DNA of 64,000 bases from Candidatus Poribacteria bacterium (GTDB lineage Bacteria > Poribacteria > WGA-4E > WGA-3G), in assembly GCA_965214095.1 (NCBI GenBank), contig OZ243938.1, positions 384,001 to 448,000 on the forward strand, given 5' to 3'. The position numbers and the translations under genes are program-made. Below the pieces are notes generated by a model. That model did not search any database and was not told the origin of the DNA. It was given only the letters and a program-made list of their open reading frames with translations. This document shows positions 40,040-50,506 of the stretch, piece after piece. The number at the start of each line of letters is the position of its first letter. Position 1 is the first letter of the stretch.

Positions 40040-40921
40040 GTGCATTTGAGTCTAAGTAGGAAGGATGTTATGGATACGAAAAATGAAATCAAAAAATATT
40101 TATCTTATCCGATGCTTTTAATAGGCAGCGGCTCATTTTTCGGTGTGCTCGGATGGATGGGATTAGCAAATGCAGCAGAAAGTATAATCTTTCTTATCGG
40201 TTCATCGCTACTCTCATTAACCGGTTCAATGACCACACTATGCGGACTCATGAGTCTGGAAAGATTTCCACCAAGTAAACAAAAAATTAGACAATTGAAA
40301 TCTGATATATCTAAACACCTAAAGATACATTATCCTACCTATATTATTGAAGTTGAAAAATCCAAACAGAAGTATAAAGAATTATCCGAACAACTTCGAT
40401 CTATTCGCACTTATTTTGAGGGGTATCAACAGGAAGTAAGAAGTTTACGCTCTGAATTAACTCACATTGATAAGCAACTACAACAGAATCTAAAAGATAA
40501 TGCTCCAATTATTGACAACGATAGTGCGGATGCTATTGCAAGAAAGCTGCTCTGGTCTGAAAAACAGATTCAACTTGCTGAATTAAGTGAACAGTTTGAG
40601 AAATTTACTCGGACTTTTTCCTCTATAGATTTAGAACGATATCGTGATGAACTTACATATATCAGTGGCGGTCTAATACAATTAGAACAGGGAATGGAAT
40701 ATTATCGTGACTTGATGATTTTATGTAGTCAATCAAGCACTAAATATGACAATATCATCAATGCAAAAAAGAGGGTAGAAAAGGTTGACAGTTTGATCTC
40801 ACAACAACAAAAAAGACTTGTAGATCTGGAGTCAGAAATGGATACAAAATGTGAGGAAGTAAAATTTGAGTTATCTCAATTTCGTGAACGGTGTGATGAT
40901 TTCAAGACTGATGGAACTTGA
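40040..40921 (+). CDS. Hypothetical 2-TM coiled-coil protein
   Basis: Two hydrophobic segments then heptad-rich region; start likely 40070. Confidence 0.65.
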   Translation: MHLSLSRKDVMDTKNEIKKYLSYPMLLIGSGSFFGVLGWMGLANAAESIIFLIGSSLLSLTGSMTTLCGLMSLERFPPSKQKIRQLKSDISKHLKIHYPTYIIEVEKSKQKYKELSEQLRSIRTYFEGYQQEVRSLRSELTHIDKQLQQNLKDNAPIIDNDSADAIARKLLWSEKQIQLAELSEQFEKFTRTFSSIDLERYRDELTYISGGLIQLEQGMEYYRDLMILCSQSSTKYDNIINAKKRVEKVDSLISQQQKRLVDLESEMDTKCEEVKFELSQFRERCDDFKTDGT

Positions 40922-40950
40922 TGTTTCATTTTAAAAACACAGGGGTTGAT

Positions 40951-41922
40951 ATGAAATATCTGGTCACAGGCTGTGCTGGATTCATTGGTTGGAAAGTTAC
41001 CGAATTCCTTATAGCAGATGGACATACCGTTATAGGTATAGACAATATTAACGACGCTTATGATGTAACGGTAAAAAATTGGCGACTTGCACAACTTCAA
41101 GAGTTATCAGAATTCAATTTTCACAACGTAGATTTATGTGATCGTTCTGCTCTTGAACAGACATTTGAGGAATCTTTTGATGCTGTGATTAACCTTGCAG
41201 CACGTGCAGGTGTCCGTCAGTCTGTTGAAAATCCTTGGGTCTATATAGATACCAACATAACTGGCACTCTCAATTTACTTGAGTTGTGTCGTGCTAAAGA
41301 CATAAAGAAATTTGTTTTAGCATCCACATCCAGTTTGTATGGAGCGAAAAATCCCCTTCCGTTCAGCGAAGATGCCGACACTAACGGACCATTATCCCCC
41401 TATGCCGCCTCAAAAAAAGGCGCAGAAGCCCTCTGCCACAGTTATCACCATCTCTACGATTTAGATGTAACTATCTTCCGATTTTTTACTGTTTATGGAC
41501 CCGCAGGACGACCGGATATGAGTGCGTTCCGATTTGTTAAGTGGATAAGTGAGGGAGAACCTGTTATCGTATATGGAGATGGAAAGCAATCCTCTCGTGA
41601 TTATACCTATGTTGAAGATATTGCCCGCGGTGTTATAGCAGGTTTGAAACCACTCGGATATTCAGTCATTAACCTCGGTTCCGATAGTCCTATTGTCCTT
41701 ATTGATACGATTAGATTAATTGAAGAACTTGTTGGCAAGAAAGCGATTCTTTCACATCAACCTTTTCATCGTGCTGATGTGCGTGCAACATGGGCAAACA
41801 TCCAAAAAGCAAAGCAACTGTTGGGATGGCGACCAGAAGTAACATTCCGTGAAGGAATCACCGCACTTGTTGAGTGGTATCAAGAAAATCGAGATTGGGT
41901 AAAAGATATTCCTACCGGTTAA
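40951..41922 (+). CDS. NAD-dependent epimerase (UDP-glucuronate 4-epimerase-like)
   Basis: TGCAGFIG, LAARAGVR, YAASK, RFFTVYGPAGRPDM. Confidence 0.9.
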   Translation: MKYLVTGCAGFIGWKVTEFLIADGHTVIGIDNINDAYDVTVKNWRLAQLQELSEFNFHNVDLCDRSALEQTFEESFDAVINLAARAGVRQSVENPWVYIDTNITGTLNLLELCRAKDIKKFVLASTSSLYGAKNPLPFSEDADTNGPLSPYAASKKGAEALCHSYHHLYDLDVTIFRFFTVYGPAGRPDMSAFRFVKWISEGEPVIVYGDGKQSSRDYTYVEDIARGVIAGLKPLGYSVINLGSDSPIVLIDTIRLIEELVGKKAILSHQPFHRADVRATWANIQKAKQLLGWRPEVTFREGITALVEWYQENRDWVKDIPTG

Positions 41923-42026
41923 TCTATTGCTATGTTCATCACAAAAAGCAAGACATATTCATCACAAACCCCGTACTACAAATGATCTATGGGACACTCT
42001 AACATAATTTTCAAAACGATCTTGAT

Positions 42027-45000
42027 ATGAAATACTTCTATTCGTTATTCTTAGTCCTCTTCATTCTAATTTCTTGTAATCCAACTAATGACATCAATCG
42101 TAATGTTAAACGCGATTTAGCAATTACTGTCAGTACAGAGGTAGGAAAAGGAACGTATGACCATGTTGGGGAAGCAATAGGAAGAGTTCAAAGAACAGAT
42201 TCTTTTCTCTCTATATTAGTTCCATCATACCGACACGAACATTTTACACCTTGGTCTATGCTACTATTGTTCGCAAATATTGAAGGTGTCTTCTTCCATA
42301 ATCCATCAACAATTGAAGAATCTAATAAAAAATATGGAAATTGGAGAGGAAAGATATCAAAAACTACAAACGAAGGACATGAGGACATAACTGTAAAAGG
42401 AGGAACTTTTCCTCAGTGCCTAAAACAGAAAACGGTAGTGACTTTCAATGATGTCTATCACAATACAGAATTAAAAACTGCTTTGATAAATGGCACGCGA
42501 CACTTATGGTTCGCTGAGGGTGTCGGTATTGTGAAAATACGATATGAACACTCTAATGGTATCGTCACTGAAGCTGAATTGATTGATTACAAGATAGCAG
42601 ATAAGAGTGCGGATTATTTCCCACTAACATCTGGAACGACTTGGACATATCGTTGGCAGGATGACTTTTACAAACAACCACTTATAGACACAATAACAGT
42701 TGAACCCAGGAAACCACAACGGGAAGGGTATCCACTTAAAGTAGAAGTTACATCGGAAGACGGTGAAGAGATGGGATCCGGTAGTTTTGAAGTAACAAAA
42801 CATCGTATGTCTCTGGAATTAAGCTCGCGTGGTTCATCTTATGGTGGGAATCACAAAGGACGAGATTTAGTTCCAGGGTCAACAACTATATTTGATAGCC
42901 ATCTCAGTTCTATCTGGTCGAAACTACTTGAATATCCGTTTAGAATAGGCAACACATGGGAACAGGAAGGTATGTATTCTTCAACCGTTCAATCAACATT
43001 GGTTGGATATGAAACGGTTGAGATTGGCATTGGTAAGTTTCAAGAGTGTCTCAAACAGAAATCTGTAATATCAGGTGCAACTACAGACTCAAACGCAAAC
43101 GAGGATACACTTCAACGGATTGCTATGATAAACGGGACACGTTATATTTGGTATGCAAAAGGCATCGGAATCGTGAAAATGGTATATGAGCATTCTAACG
43201 GTGTTATCACTGAAGCGGAATTAGCTGAATTTGTGGTGCCAGAAAAAAGCAATGAGTACTTTCCTCTGGACCTTGATACTACTTGGACTTATACATGGCA
43301 GAACGACTACCATAAAGCACCGATGACTGAAAAAGTTCGAGTAGTTGAGGAAGGAAGCGGACATGAAACGCAACTTAAAAAAGCACACTATGTAGTCAAT
43401 GTATCTGCTGACAAACCAGGAGAAGCACATATAGAATGTAAATTTACAACAGAAGAGGTTACAGGTAACAAAATCAGACCACGTCCCAGTTCAGACGATG
43501 CTTATATTATCGGTCATACAATAAAGATGGAAGATTCCACTAAAAGAAGAGCAAGCAAATCGGGTGGGGCTGGTAGTTGGGATTTCAAATTTAGAGACGG
43601 ATATTCATCTCCACTCACAATGACCTATGATGTTTCAATAGAGCACGCACAACGGATTAGAACATTTAGAGAAAATCAAGGTTGGCCACAACATCTCAGG
43701 TACCAGACAATGGAACCTGACCACAAGCAAGATAGAACATTTTGGACAGGAAAAGCACTATTTATGGTTGGTGGGACGAGCCGTGATATTAGAGTTTCGT
43801 TTAACATTCCGAAAGGATGGCTTGTCTCAACACCGTGGAAAAGTATTAGTAGAGGCAACGAAAGATTCTCTGTATCCAATCAATCTGAATTAATCAGTTC
43901 CTTAATACTCATTGGACAACACAGTGAGTTAATCGCAAGATCGGGAAAGTCAAAAGTTACACTTGCTATTGCTGGTGAAATCCAACCTCATGAAAATACG
44001 ATACATGATACCGTTGAAAAATATCTAAATACATATCTAAAAATACTTAAGGGTGGACCTGATGAAAACGTCCTATTTATTATCAATCCGTATGAGACAC
44101 ATGATCAAAATGGGTCAGAAGGTCGGGGCATCACTCGGAGTGTAAGTATACTTATGGATAATTGGTTGGATGAAACAAATAGACATTTGTGGGGACCATT
44201 CCTTGGTCATGAAGTGTTTCATATTTGGAATGGACTTACTGCATTACAAGCATTTAGTGGGCATGAACATTGGTTCGTTGAAGGTGTTACTGACTACTAT
44301 TCTGACATGGCTTCACTTCATCTGGGATACCTTACAGAACGCGAATACTTGAATAGAATCGAAGCTGCTTGTGAAAATTACCTATCCGTTTCAAATGAAT
44401 ATGCTATAGGAGATGCAAGAGACACCCGACTGAGTTATGATGGTGGCAGGCTAATCGCTTTGGCATTGGATCACGAGATCCGCGAACATAAGAAAAACAG
44501 GAAAAGTTTAGATAACGTCATGCAGCTAATGTATAAGCAGTTTGACGATATTGATGTAGAATACACACAGAGCGACATCATTAAAATAACTAATAAAGTA
44601 TCGGGAGACGATTTCCTGCCATTTTTTCAAGAATATGTTGAGGGAAAGGCACGACTTCCACTCACTGACTATTTTGGGAAAGCAGGTTTGGACTTGCAGG
44701 TAACTTCTGAAGAACTACCAACGTCCCAATATGTGATGAATGTCCTAAAGTCAAGTTTAAGTCAAAATACAAATGTTGAAGTGGTTGGAATCAATGGTTC
44801 ACGAATTGGAAACATGAAAGAACTGAGAAAAATCGCCAAACACTGGAAATCAGGGGAAGTAATAACACTGTTGTATGAAGAGAAAGGTAAAGCAGTTACG
44901 AATACGACTACATTGAAAGGTGTTTCTGAAACACCACCGACAGAGAATGAGATAGTTGTTCATATTATTGAAAAACCCGATAAGACTAAGTTACAACGGG

Positions 45001-45032
45001 CAATATTATCAGATATATTAGGTAGAAATTAA
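42027..45032 (+). CDS. Lipoprotein, M61-like zinc metallopeptidase with duplicated N-terminal module
   Basis: Lipobox LISC; HEVFHIWN...WFVEGVTDYY; two copies of GTRxxWxAxGxGIVKxxYEHSNG...YFPL...TTWTYxW. Confidence 0.8.
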   Translation: MKYFYSLFLVLFILISCNPTNDINRNVKRDLAITVSTEVGKGTYDHVGEAIGRVQRTDSFLSILVPSYRHEHFTPWSMLLLFANIEGVFFHNPSTIEESNKKYGNWRGKISKTTNEGHEDITVKGGTFPQCLKQKTVVTFNDVYHNTELKTALINGTRHLWFAEGVGIVKIRYEHSNGIVTEAELIDYKIADKSADYFPLTSGTTWTYRWQDDFYKQPLIDTITVEPRKPQREGYPLKVEVTSEDGEEMGSGSFEVTKHRMSLELSSRGSSYGGNHKGRDLVPGSTTIFDSHLSSIWSKLLEYPFRIGNTWEQEGMYSSTVQSTLVGYETVEIGIGKFQECLKQKSVISGATTDSNANEDTLQRIAMINGTRYIWYAKGIGIVKMVYEHSNGVITEAELAEFVVPEKSNEYFPLDLDTTWTYTWQNDYHKAPMTEKVRVVEEGSGHETQLKKAHYVVNVSADKPGEAHIECKFTTEEVTGNKIRPRPSSDDAYIIGHTIKMEDSTKRRASKSGGAGSWDFKFRDGYSSPLTMTYDVSIEHAQRIRTFRENQGWPQHLRYQTMEPDHKQDRTFWTGKALFMVGGTSRDIRVSFNIPKGWLVSTPWKSISRGNERFSVSNQSELISSLILIGQHSELIARSGKSKVTLAIAGEIQPHENTIHDTVEKYLNTYLKILKGGPDENVLFIINPYETHDQNGSEGRGITRSVSILMDNWLDETNRHLWGPFLGHEVFHIWNGLTALQAFSGHEHWFVEGVTDYYSDMASLHLGYLTEREYLNRIEAACENYLSVSNEYAIGDARDTRLSYDGGRLIALALDHEIREHKKNRKSLDNVMQLMYKQFDDIDVEYTQSDIIKITNKVSGDDFLPFFQEYVEGKARLPLTDYFGKAGLDLQVTSEELPTSQYVMNVLKSSLSQNTNVEVVGINGSRIGNMKELRKIAKHWKSGEVITLLYEEKGKAVTNTTTLKGVSETPPTENEIVVHIIEKPDKTKLQRAILSDILGRN

Positions 45033-45094
45033 TTGCTGTCAAAATTGAAAACCTGTGTTACCGACAAACGACAAACCATTTTCGTTTTCACACA

Positions 45095-45949
45095 TCAATC
45101 AAGTTGAGGGTCAAGTGCGTCACGTAAGGCATCACCAAGTAGATTGAACCCTAAAACAACAAGGAAAATAGCGACACCGGGTGCAGTAACTGCCAATGGG
45201 GCTTTGTGAATAAATTTTGTGTTTTCATTGAGCATCGCACCCCATTCTGGAACACCTATCTCCGCACCAAGTCCAAGAAAACTCAATCCAGCCGCATCTA
45301 AAATCGCAGCACCGATACCTAAAGTTGCTTGCACAATCAACGGAGCAATGCAGTTAGGCAATACAGTAGTTACCAAAATTCGTCCATCACTCGCACCGAT
45401 TACCTTCGCAGACGTGACATAATCTAACTCACGCACTTTGAGAACCGATGCACGTAAAATGCGTGCATACTGAGGAATATAGACAATAGAGACTGCGATA
45501 ATCGCATTCGTAAGACTTTGACCCAGAATCGTGACAATCACCATTGCAAGTAGGATACTTGGCATTGCCAATAACATATCCATCAAACGCATTATGCTGT
45601 TATCCAACCATCCTCCATAGTATCCAGCAATTGCTCCAAACAAAGTGCCAAACCCAAGTGAAAAGGTCATTGCGATAAAGCCTACTTTCAGGGATATACG
45701 CGATCCGTAAAGCACACGGCTAAATATATCCCTTCCTGCACCATCTGTTCCAAGTAGGTGTTCACCTGACCATACAATTAAACGATTTTCAACATCTGTA
45801 GCCTTCGGTTTGTGTGTTGCAATTTGTGGTGCAAGAATAGCGATTACAAAGAAAAAAAGTATAATAGATGCACCAATTGTTGCTGAACGATGACGTAGCA
45901 GTTTGCGTAATACATTAGGTTGACCAGTAGGTATTGGATGTGTGTTCAT
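45095..45949 (-). CDS. Peptide/nickel ABC permease (DppC-like)
   Basis: LLGTDGAGRDIFSR, GLSFLGLG, NLLGDALRDALDP. Confidence 0.92.
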   Translation of the reverse strand: MNTHPIPTGQPNVLRKLLRHRSATIGASIILFFFVIAILAPQIATHKPKATDVENRLIVWSGEHLLGTDGAGRDIFSRVLYGSRISLKVGFIAMTFSLGFGTLFGAIAGYYGGWLDNSIMRLMDMLLAMPSILLAMVIVTILGQSLTNAIIAVSIVYIPQYARILRASVLKVRELDYVTSAKVIGASDGRILVTTVLPNCIAPLIVQATLGIGAAILDAAGLSFLGLGAEIGVPEWGAMLNENTKFIHKAPLAVTAPGVAIFLVVLGFNLLGDALRDALDPQLD

Positions 45950-46968
45950 ACCGCTTCATCCCCTACTCTGATACGCGGATCAAAATAGGCATATAATAGA
46001 TCCACAATAAGATTGACGAACATAAACAGCGCAGAAACAAATAGGACACCACCTTGCACCGCACGTACGTCACGTGATTCAACCGCATCGCGCAACCATG
46101 AACCCAGACCAGGCCATGAAAAGATATGTTCTGTTAGAATTGCACCTCCCATTAAATAACCGAATTCAAGTCCTATAACCGTAAGAACTGGTACCATGCT
46201 ATTTTTTAACGCATGTTTGATAATAACTCTCCATTTGGATAATCCCTTCGCATAAGCAGTGGTAATATACGGTTGATTCAACACTTCAAGAATACTTGAA
46301 CGTGTCATACGAGCAATAATGGCTAAAGGAATTGTTCCTAATGTTATAGCTGGAAGGATTAGGTGGGAAACTGCACTCTTAAATGCTGTAAAGTTCGTTG
46401 CAAGCAATGTATCTATTAGGTAAAAACCAGTATGGGTTTCAATATCCAAACTCAAGACAGTGTCTAATCGTCCGGTTGCAGGTAATATGCCTAAAATATG
46501 TGAAAATAGTAGGATCAACATCAATCCTAACCAAAATATAGGCATTGAAATTCCAGCAAGGGATACCGACATGGAAAAATAGTCCCAGAACCTACCACGA
46601 AAGACAGCAGCGATGATACCTGCAGTAATGCCGAAAACTATTGAGAATATCATCGCAGCAAGTGTTAATTCTGCTGTTGCGGGAAAATATCTCCTAATTT
46701 CGTCAACAACGGGTTCTTTTGTTTTAAAGGAGTTCCCTAAGTCAAGGTGGAGGAGGTCCCATAAGAATTTTCCGTATTGGTAATAAAGCGGTTTGTCAAG
46801 TCCAATATCCTCTCGGATTTGTTCTAACACTTCTTGCGTGGCGCGTTCTCCAGCGATTGTGAGAGCCGCATCACCCGGAATAAGATGTACCATCAAAAAT
46901 ACAAGGATAGAAACTCCAAGAAGTGACAATCCGATGGAGAGAAATCGTTGAACTAAATAGGAGAGCAA
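45946..46968 (-). CDS. Peptide/nickel ABC permease (DppB-like)
   Basis: PGD, SMPIFWLG, TAYAKGL, DLLYAYFDPRI. Confidence 0.92.
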   Translation of the reverse strand: MLSYLVQRFLSIGLSLLGVSILVFLMVHLIPGDAALTIAGERATQEVLEQIREDIGLDKPLYYQYGKFLWDLLHLDLGNSFKTKEPVVDEIRRYFPATAELTLAAMIFSIVFGITAGIIAAVFRGRFWDYFSMSVSLAGISMPIFWLGLMLILLFSHILGILPATGRLDTVLSLDIETHTGFYLIDTLLATNFTAFKSAVSHLILPAITLGTIPLAIIARMTRSSILEVLNQPYITTAYAKGLSKWRVIIKHALKNSMVPVLTVIGLEFGYLMGGAILTEHIFSWPGLGSWLRDAVESRDVRAVQGGVLFVSALFMFVNLIVDLLYAYFDPRIRVGDEAV

Positions 46969-47025
46969 TATTCAAGCCTCATACTGCATAAGATAATGAG
47001 TTGACCAGAAAAAATAGGAGTGAAA

Positions 47026-47859
47026 TTAGAAAAATGGGTTGTGTGACTTTTCTTCTCCAACAGTTGTCGTAGGACCGTGTCCAGGGAATAGTCTCACATC
47101 ATCAGGTAAAGAAAGAATATTATCGCGGACACTATCTATTTCATCTTGAAGAGATATGTTAGGTCCACCAACTGAACCTGCGAAAATCGCATCTCCTACG
47201 AAAGCAGCAGTATGTGTATGAAAACTACATCCACCTGGCGTATGTCCCGGAGTATCAAGGACTGACACCTTCAGTTCACCGACATTCACAACATCAGAAT
47301 GTGCAAGTAGTTGCAACTTACCAGCACTTTTAGGTTTCGGTTCTTCTCTATGAATGTACGTTGTGCATCCCGTTGCACTTTGCAGTCTTGGTAACCCATC
47401 AGTATGGTCACTGTGTGAGTGTGTCAATAGAATAGCAGTAGGATTAACCTTATGCTTGCCTAACTCCCGCAAAATCAGATCAGGACTTGCAGCAGTATCA
47501 ATGATGGCAGCATTATTAGTAGCTTTACATATCAGTAGGTATGCATTAACAGGCCATCCACCAACAGGTGCACTCACTGCAATCACATCAAGTACATCAT
47601 TATCAAATTGTTGAACAGGTTCTGGTTCCCATTCTTCATTCGCAATTGAGAGTAGCTTTGCACCATCAAGATTGAGTACTTCTGCAAGTTTATATACTTG
47701 CACTTCAGTCGGTTTTAAGGTATACTGTTCCATACTGGATAAGTCTGATTCTGATAGACCCGCTGCAGTGGCAGTTTCTTTCTGAGACAGGTTTTGTCCA
47801 CGACGAGCTTTACCAATTATGTCACCAAATTCGTCTTCAAGTGAATAAGCCATATTCAT
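47026..47859 (-). CDS. XRE-type HTH fused to MBL-fold metallo-hydrolase
   Basis: N-terminal HTH (IGKARRGQNLSQ); THSHSDH, PGHTPG, PGHGP. Confidence 0.85.
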   Translation of the reverse strand: MNMAYSLEDEFGDIIGKARRGQNLSQKETATAAGLSESDLSSMEQYTLKPTEVQVYKLAEVLNLDGAKLLSIANEEWEPEPVQQFDNDVLDVIAVSAPVGGWPVNAYLLICKATNNAAIIDTAASPDLILRELGKHKVNPTAILLTHSHSDHTDGLPRLQSATGCTTYIHREEPKPKSAGKLQLLAHSDVVNVGELKVSVLDTPGHTPGGCSFHTHTAAFVGDAIFAGSVGGPNISLQDEIDSVRDNILSLPDDVRLFPGHGPTTTVGEEKSHNPFF

Positions 47860-47948
47860 ATTCTCCTTTATCGTGTAGTGTGGAAAATTATAGCAAAAAA
47901 ACAGGTGTAGTGCAATCCAAATAACACATAAGCAACAGGAGTCGTCAA

Positions 47949-48524
47949 ATGCAGACTCATTTAAACAGTAACTCAGACCAAACAGATGTATCCATCAATC
48001 TAATAGATTCTGATATGACATTTGAGGAATTTTTTGACAGTGATATTAAGGGGTACGAATTTGTTAATGGAGAATTGAAACAGATGTCACCACCAACAAT
48101 GGAGCATGGTGAAATTAGCATGGGTCTCACTTTGCCTTTAGGGACTTATATTCGTGATAAACAGTTAGGTCGTCTGTATCCTGCAGATACAACTTTTAAT
48201 TTAGGAGATAGACTAGTAAAACCAGATCTTGCGTATGTTTCAAATGAACGGTTGCCAGATAATAGACGACAAGGGGCACCCATTCCTCCTGATTTAGCTG
48301 TTGAAGTGACTTCACCATCAGATTCTCAATATGATATAATAGAAAAAGCACTTGCATATTTGGAAGCAGGAACACGACTTGTGTGGGTGATAGAACCCAT
48401 AGCACAGACAGTAACAGTATACCGATCAAAATCGGATATAAAGATGCTTACACATAAGGATATTCTTACTGGTGAAGATGTGGTTGAAGGGTTCTCATGT
48501 CCGGTTGCGAAACTTTTTGAATAG
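47949..48524 (+). CDS. Uma2 family endonuclease
   Basis: PDLAY, PDLAVEVTSP, GTRLVW. Confidence 0.9.
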   Translation: MQTHLNSNSDQTDVSINLIDSDMTFEEFFDSDIKGYEFVNGELKQMSPPTMEHGEISMGLTLPLGTYIRDKQLGRLYPADTTFNLGDRLVKPDLAYVSNERLPDNRRQGAPIPPDLAVEVTSPSDSQYDIIEKALAYLEAGTRLVWVIEPIAQTVTVYRSKSDIKMLTHKDILTGEDVVEGFSCPVAKLFE

Positions 48525-48542
48525 AAATGCGGAGGAATAAAT

Positions 48543-49112
48543 ATGAATTCACATAACTCAAGCGTATTCTCACAAGATGATATGCTACCAGAAAATATCA
48601 CTATGACATTGGAAGAATTCTTGGAGAGTGATTTTGAGGGATATGAATACGTTAAAGGAGAAGTCATACAGATGCCAGCTGCATCGTTGGAACACGGCAT
48701 TATTTGCGCTAAAGTCTTTTTGCATTTGGGTACGCATGTGCAGGAACATCAACTCGGGATAGTTGTTACACCAGACACAGGATTCCAGGTTGGTGAACGG
48801 GTGTTAAAACCAGATGTTGCATTTCTTTTTAGAGATTGTATTCCAGATAACCTGAGTAGAGCGTGTCCTGTTCCACCAAACCTTGCTGTTGAGGTTATTT
48901 CCCAGACTGATTACTCAAGACGTATCATTGAAAAAGCATTTGCTTATCTGGAAGCTGGTACACAGATGGTTTGGGTATTTGAACCACTCGGGAAAACCGT
49001 GACGGTATATCGTTCGGAAACAGACATTGAGTTACTCACACGGAAAGACACTCTCACTGGTGAAGATGTGGTTGAAGGTTTTTCATGCCCGATAGCACAA
49101 CTTTTTGAATAA
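48543..49112 (+). CDS. Uma2 family endonuclease
   Basis: PDVAF, PNLAVEVIS. Confidence 0.9.
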   Translation: MNSHNSSVFSQDDMLPENITMTLEEFLESDFEGYEYVKGEVIQMPAASLEHGIICAKVFLHLGTHVQEHQLGIVVTPDTGFQVGERVLKPDVAFLFRDCIPDNLSRACPVPPNLAVEVISQTDYSRRIIEKAFAYLEAGTQMVWVFEPLGKTVTVYRSETDIELLTRKDTLTGEDVVEGFSCPIAQLFE

Positions 49113-49124
49113 GACAGAGACACT

Positions 49125-49718
49125 ATGCAAAAATGTGGAGGAATGAAAGTGAACTCACAAAACATAATCGAACATGACCATAGCACTCCTTTACCAGATA
49201 ACTTCACTGTAACATTGGAAGAATTTTTTGAAAATGATATTGAGGGTTATGAATACATAGATGGAGAATTAGTTCCAATGGCTGCAGCCGTAATTTTACA
49301 TGGGAAAATAAGTGTCAGAGTAATTCGGTATTTGGACCCTTTTGTTGACAAAAACCAATTAGGTGAAGTATACACAGCCGAAACTTCATTTCTCGTAGGT
49401 GAACGTGTAATGAAACCAGATGTTGCGTACGTGGCAGCATCACGTGTTCCAGAAGATGAAACAAAAGGGTTCCCAATACCACCTGATCTTGCAGTTGAAG
49501 TTATTTCGCCATCAGATATATTTTGGAACGTATATGAAAAAACACTCGCATATTTAGAATCAGGAACGCGACTTGTTTGGGTGATTGAACCCGTAGCACA
49601 GACAGTAACCGTATTCCGATCAAAAACAAATATAAAGACACTCACACAAAATGATATTCTTACTGGTGAAGATGTTGTTGAAGGGTTCTCATGTCCGGTT
49701 ACGAAACTTTTTGAATAA
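49125..49718 (+). CDS. Uma2 family endonuclease (start may be GTG 49149)
   Basis: PDVAY, PDLAVEVISP. Confidence 0.9.
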   Translation: MQKCGGMKVNSQNIIEHDHSTPLPDNFTVTLEEFFENDIEGYEYIDGELVPMAAAVILHGKISVRVIRYLDPFVDKNQLGEVYTAETSFLVGERVMKPDVAYVAASRVPEDETKGFPIPPDLAVEVISPSDIFWNVYEKTLAYLESGTRLVWVIEPVAQTVTVFRSKTNIKTLTQNDILTGEDVVEGFSCPVTKLFE

Positions 49719-49727
49719 GGAGAATTT

Positions 49728-50486
49728 ATGAAACTTGGTTTAGTAACATATAATATGGCAAAAGATTGGGATATTCCTACAATTATTAAGAACTGTTCGG
49801 AGACAGGTTTTGAAGGTGTAGAATTACGTACAACCCATGCACACGGTGTTGAAGTTAGTCTCTCTTCAAATGAACGAACAGATGTGAAAAAGCAGTTCGA
49901 AGATTCCCCAATTGAACTGGCAGGATTGGGATCTGCTTTTGACTATCATTCAACGGATCAGGATGCAGTTCAGAAAAATATAGATGGAACAAAAGAATAC
50001 TCTCAATTGGCAGCAGATGTTGGAGCACCGGGAGTTAAGGTGCGTCCCAATGGGCTGCCAAGTGAAGTTCCTGTAGAAAAAACCTTAGAACAAATAGGAT
50101 TAGCATTACGTGAATGTGGTGAATTTGCTGATGACATCGGAGTGCAAATACGTTTAGAAGTCCACGGCGGTGGAACTTCTGAACTCAGACACATCCGCAC
50201 AATTATTGATGTTGCTGACCATGACAATGTGTATGTGTGTTGGAACTCTAACTTCGGGGAAGTCGAAGATGGATCAATACAGAAAAACTTCAACTATGTC
50301 AAAGGTAAAATCGGATTGGTTCACATTACAGAATTACATCGTAAAGAATACCCTTGGCGTGAACTATTTACCTCACTGAAAGAGTCTGGATATAATGGCT
50401 ATACTTTGGCAGAAATTGCTGGAAGTTCTGATCCTGTAAGAGTGATGAATTTCTATAGAGCACTATGGGAAGAATATAACAGATAA
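49728..50486 (+). CDS. Sugar phosphate isomerase/epimerase (TIM barrel)
   Basis: GFEGVEL, LEVHG, VHI, LAE. Confidence 0.85.
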   Translation: MKLGLVTYNMAKDWDIPTIIKNCSETGFEGVELRTTHAHGVEVSLSSNERTDVKKQFEDSPIELAGLGSAFDYHSTDQDAVQKNIDGTKEYSQLAADVGAPGVKVRPNGLPSEVPVEKTLEQIGLALRECGEFADDIGVQIRLEVHGGGTSELRHIRTIIDVADHDNVYVCWNSNFGEVEDGSIQKNFNYVKGKIGLVHITELHRKEYPWRELFTSLKESGYNGYTLAEIAGSSDPVRVMNFYRALWEEYNR

Positions 50487-50506
50487 TTACAAAGGAGAAC
50501 ATTAGA

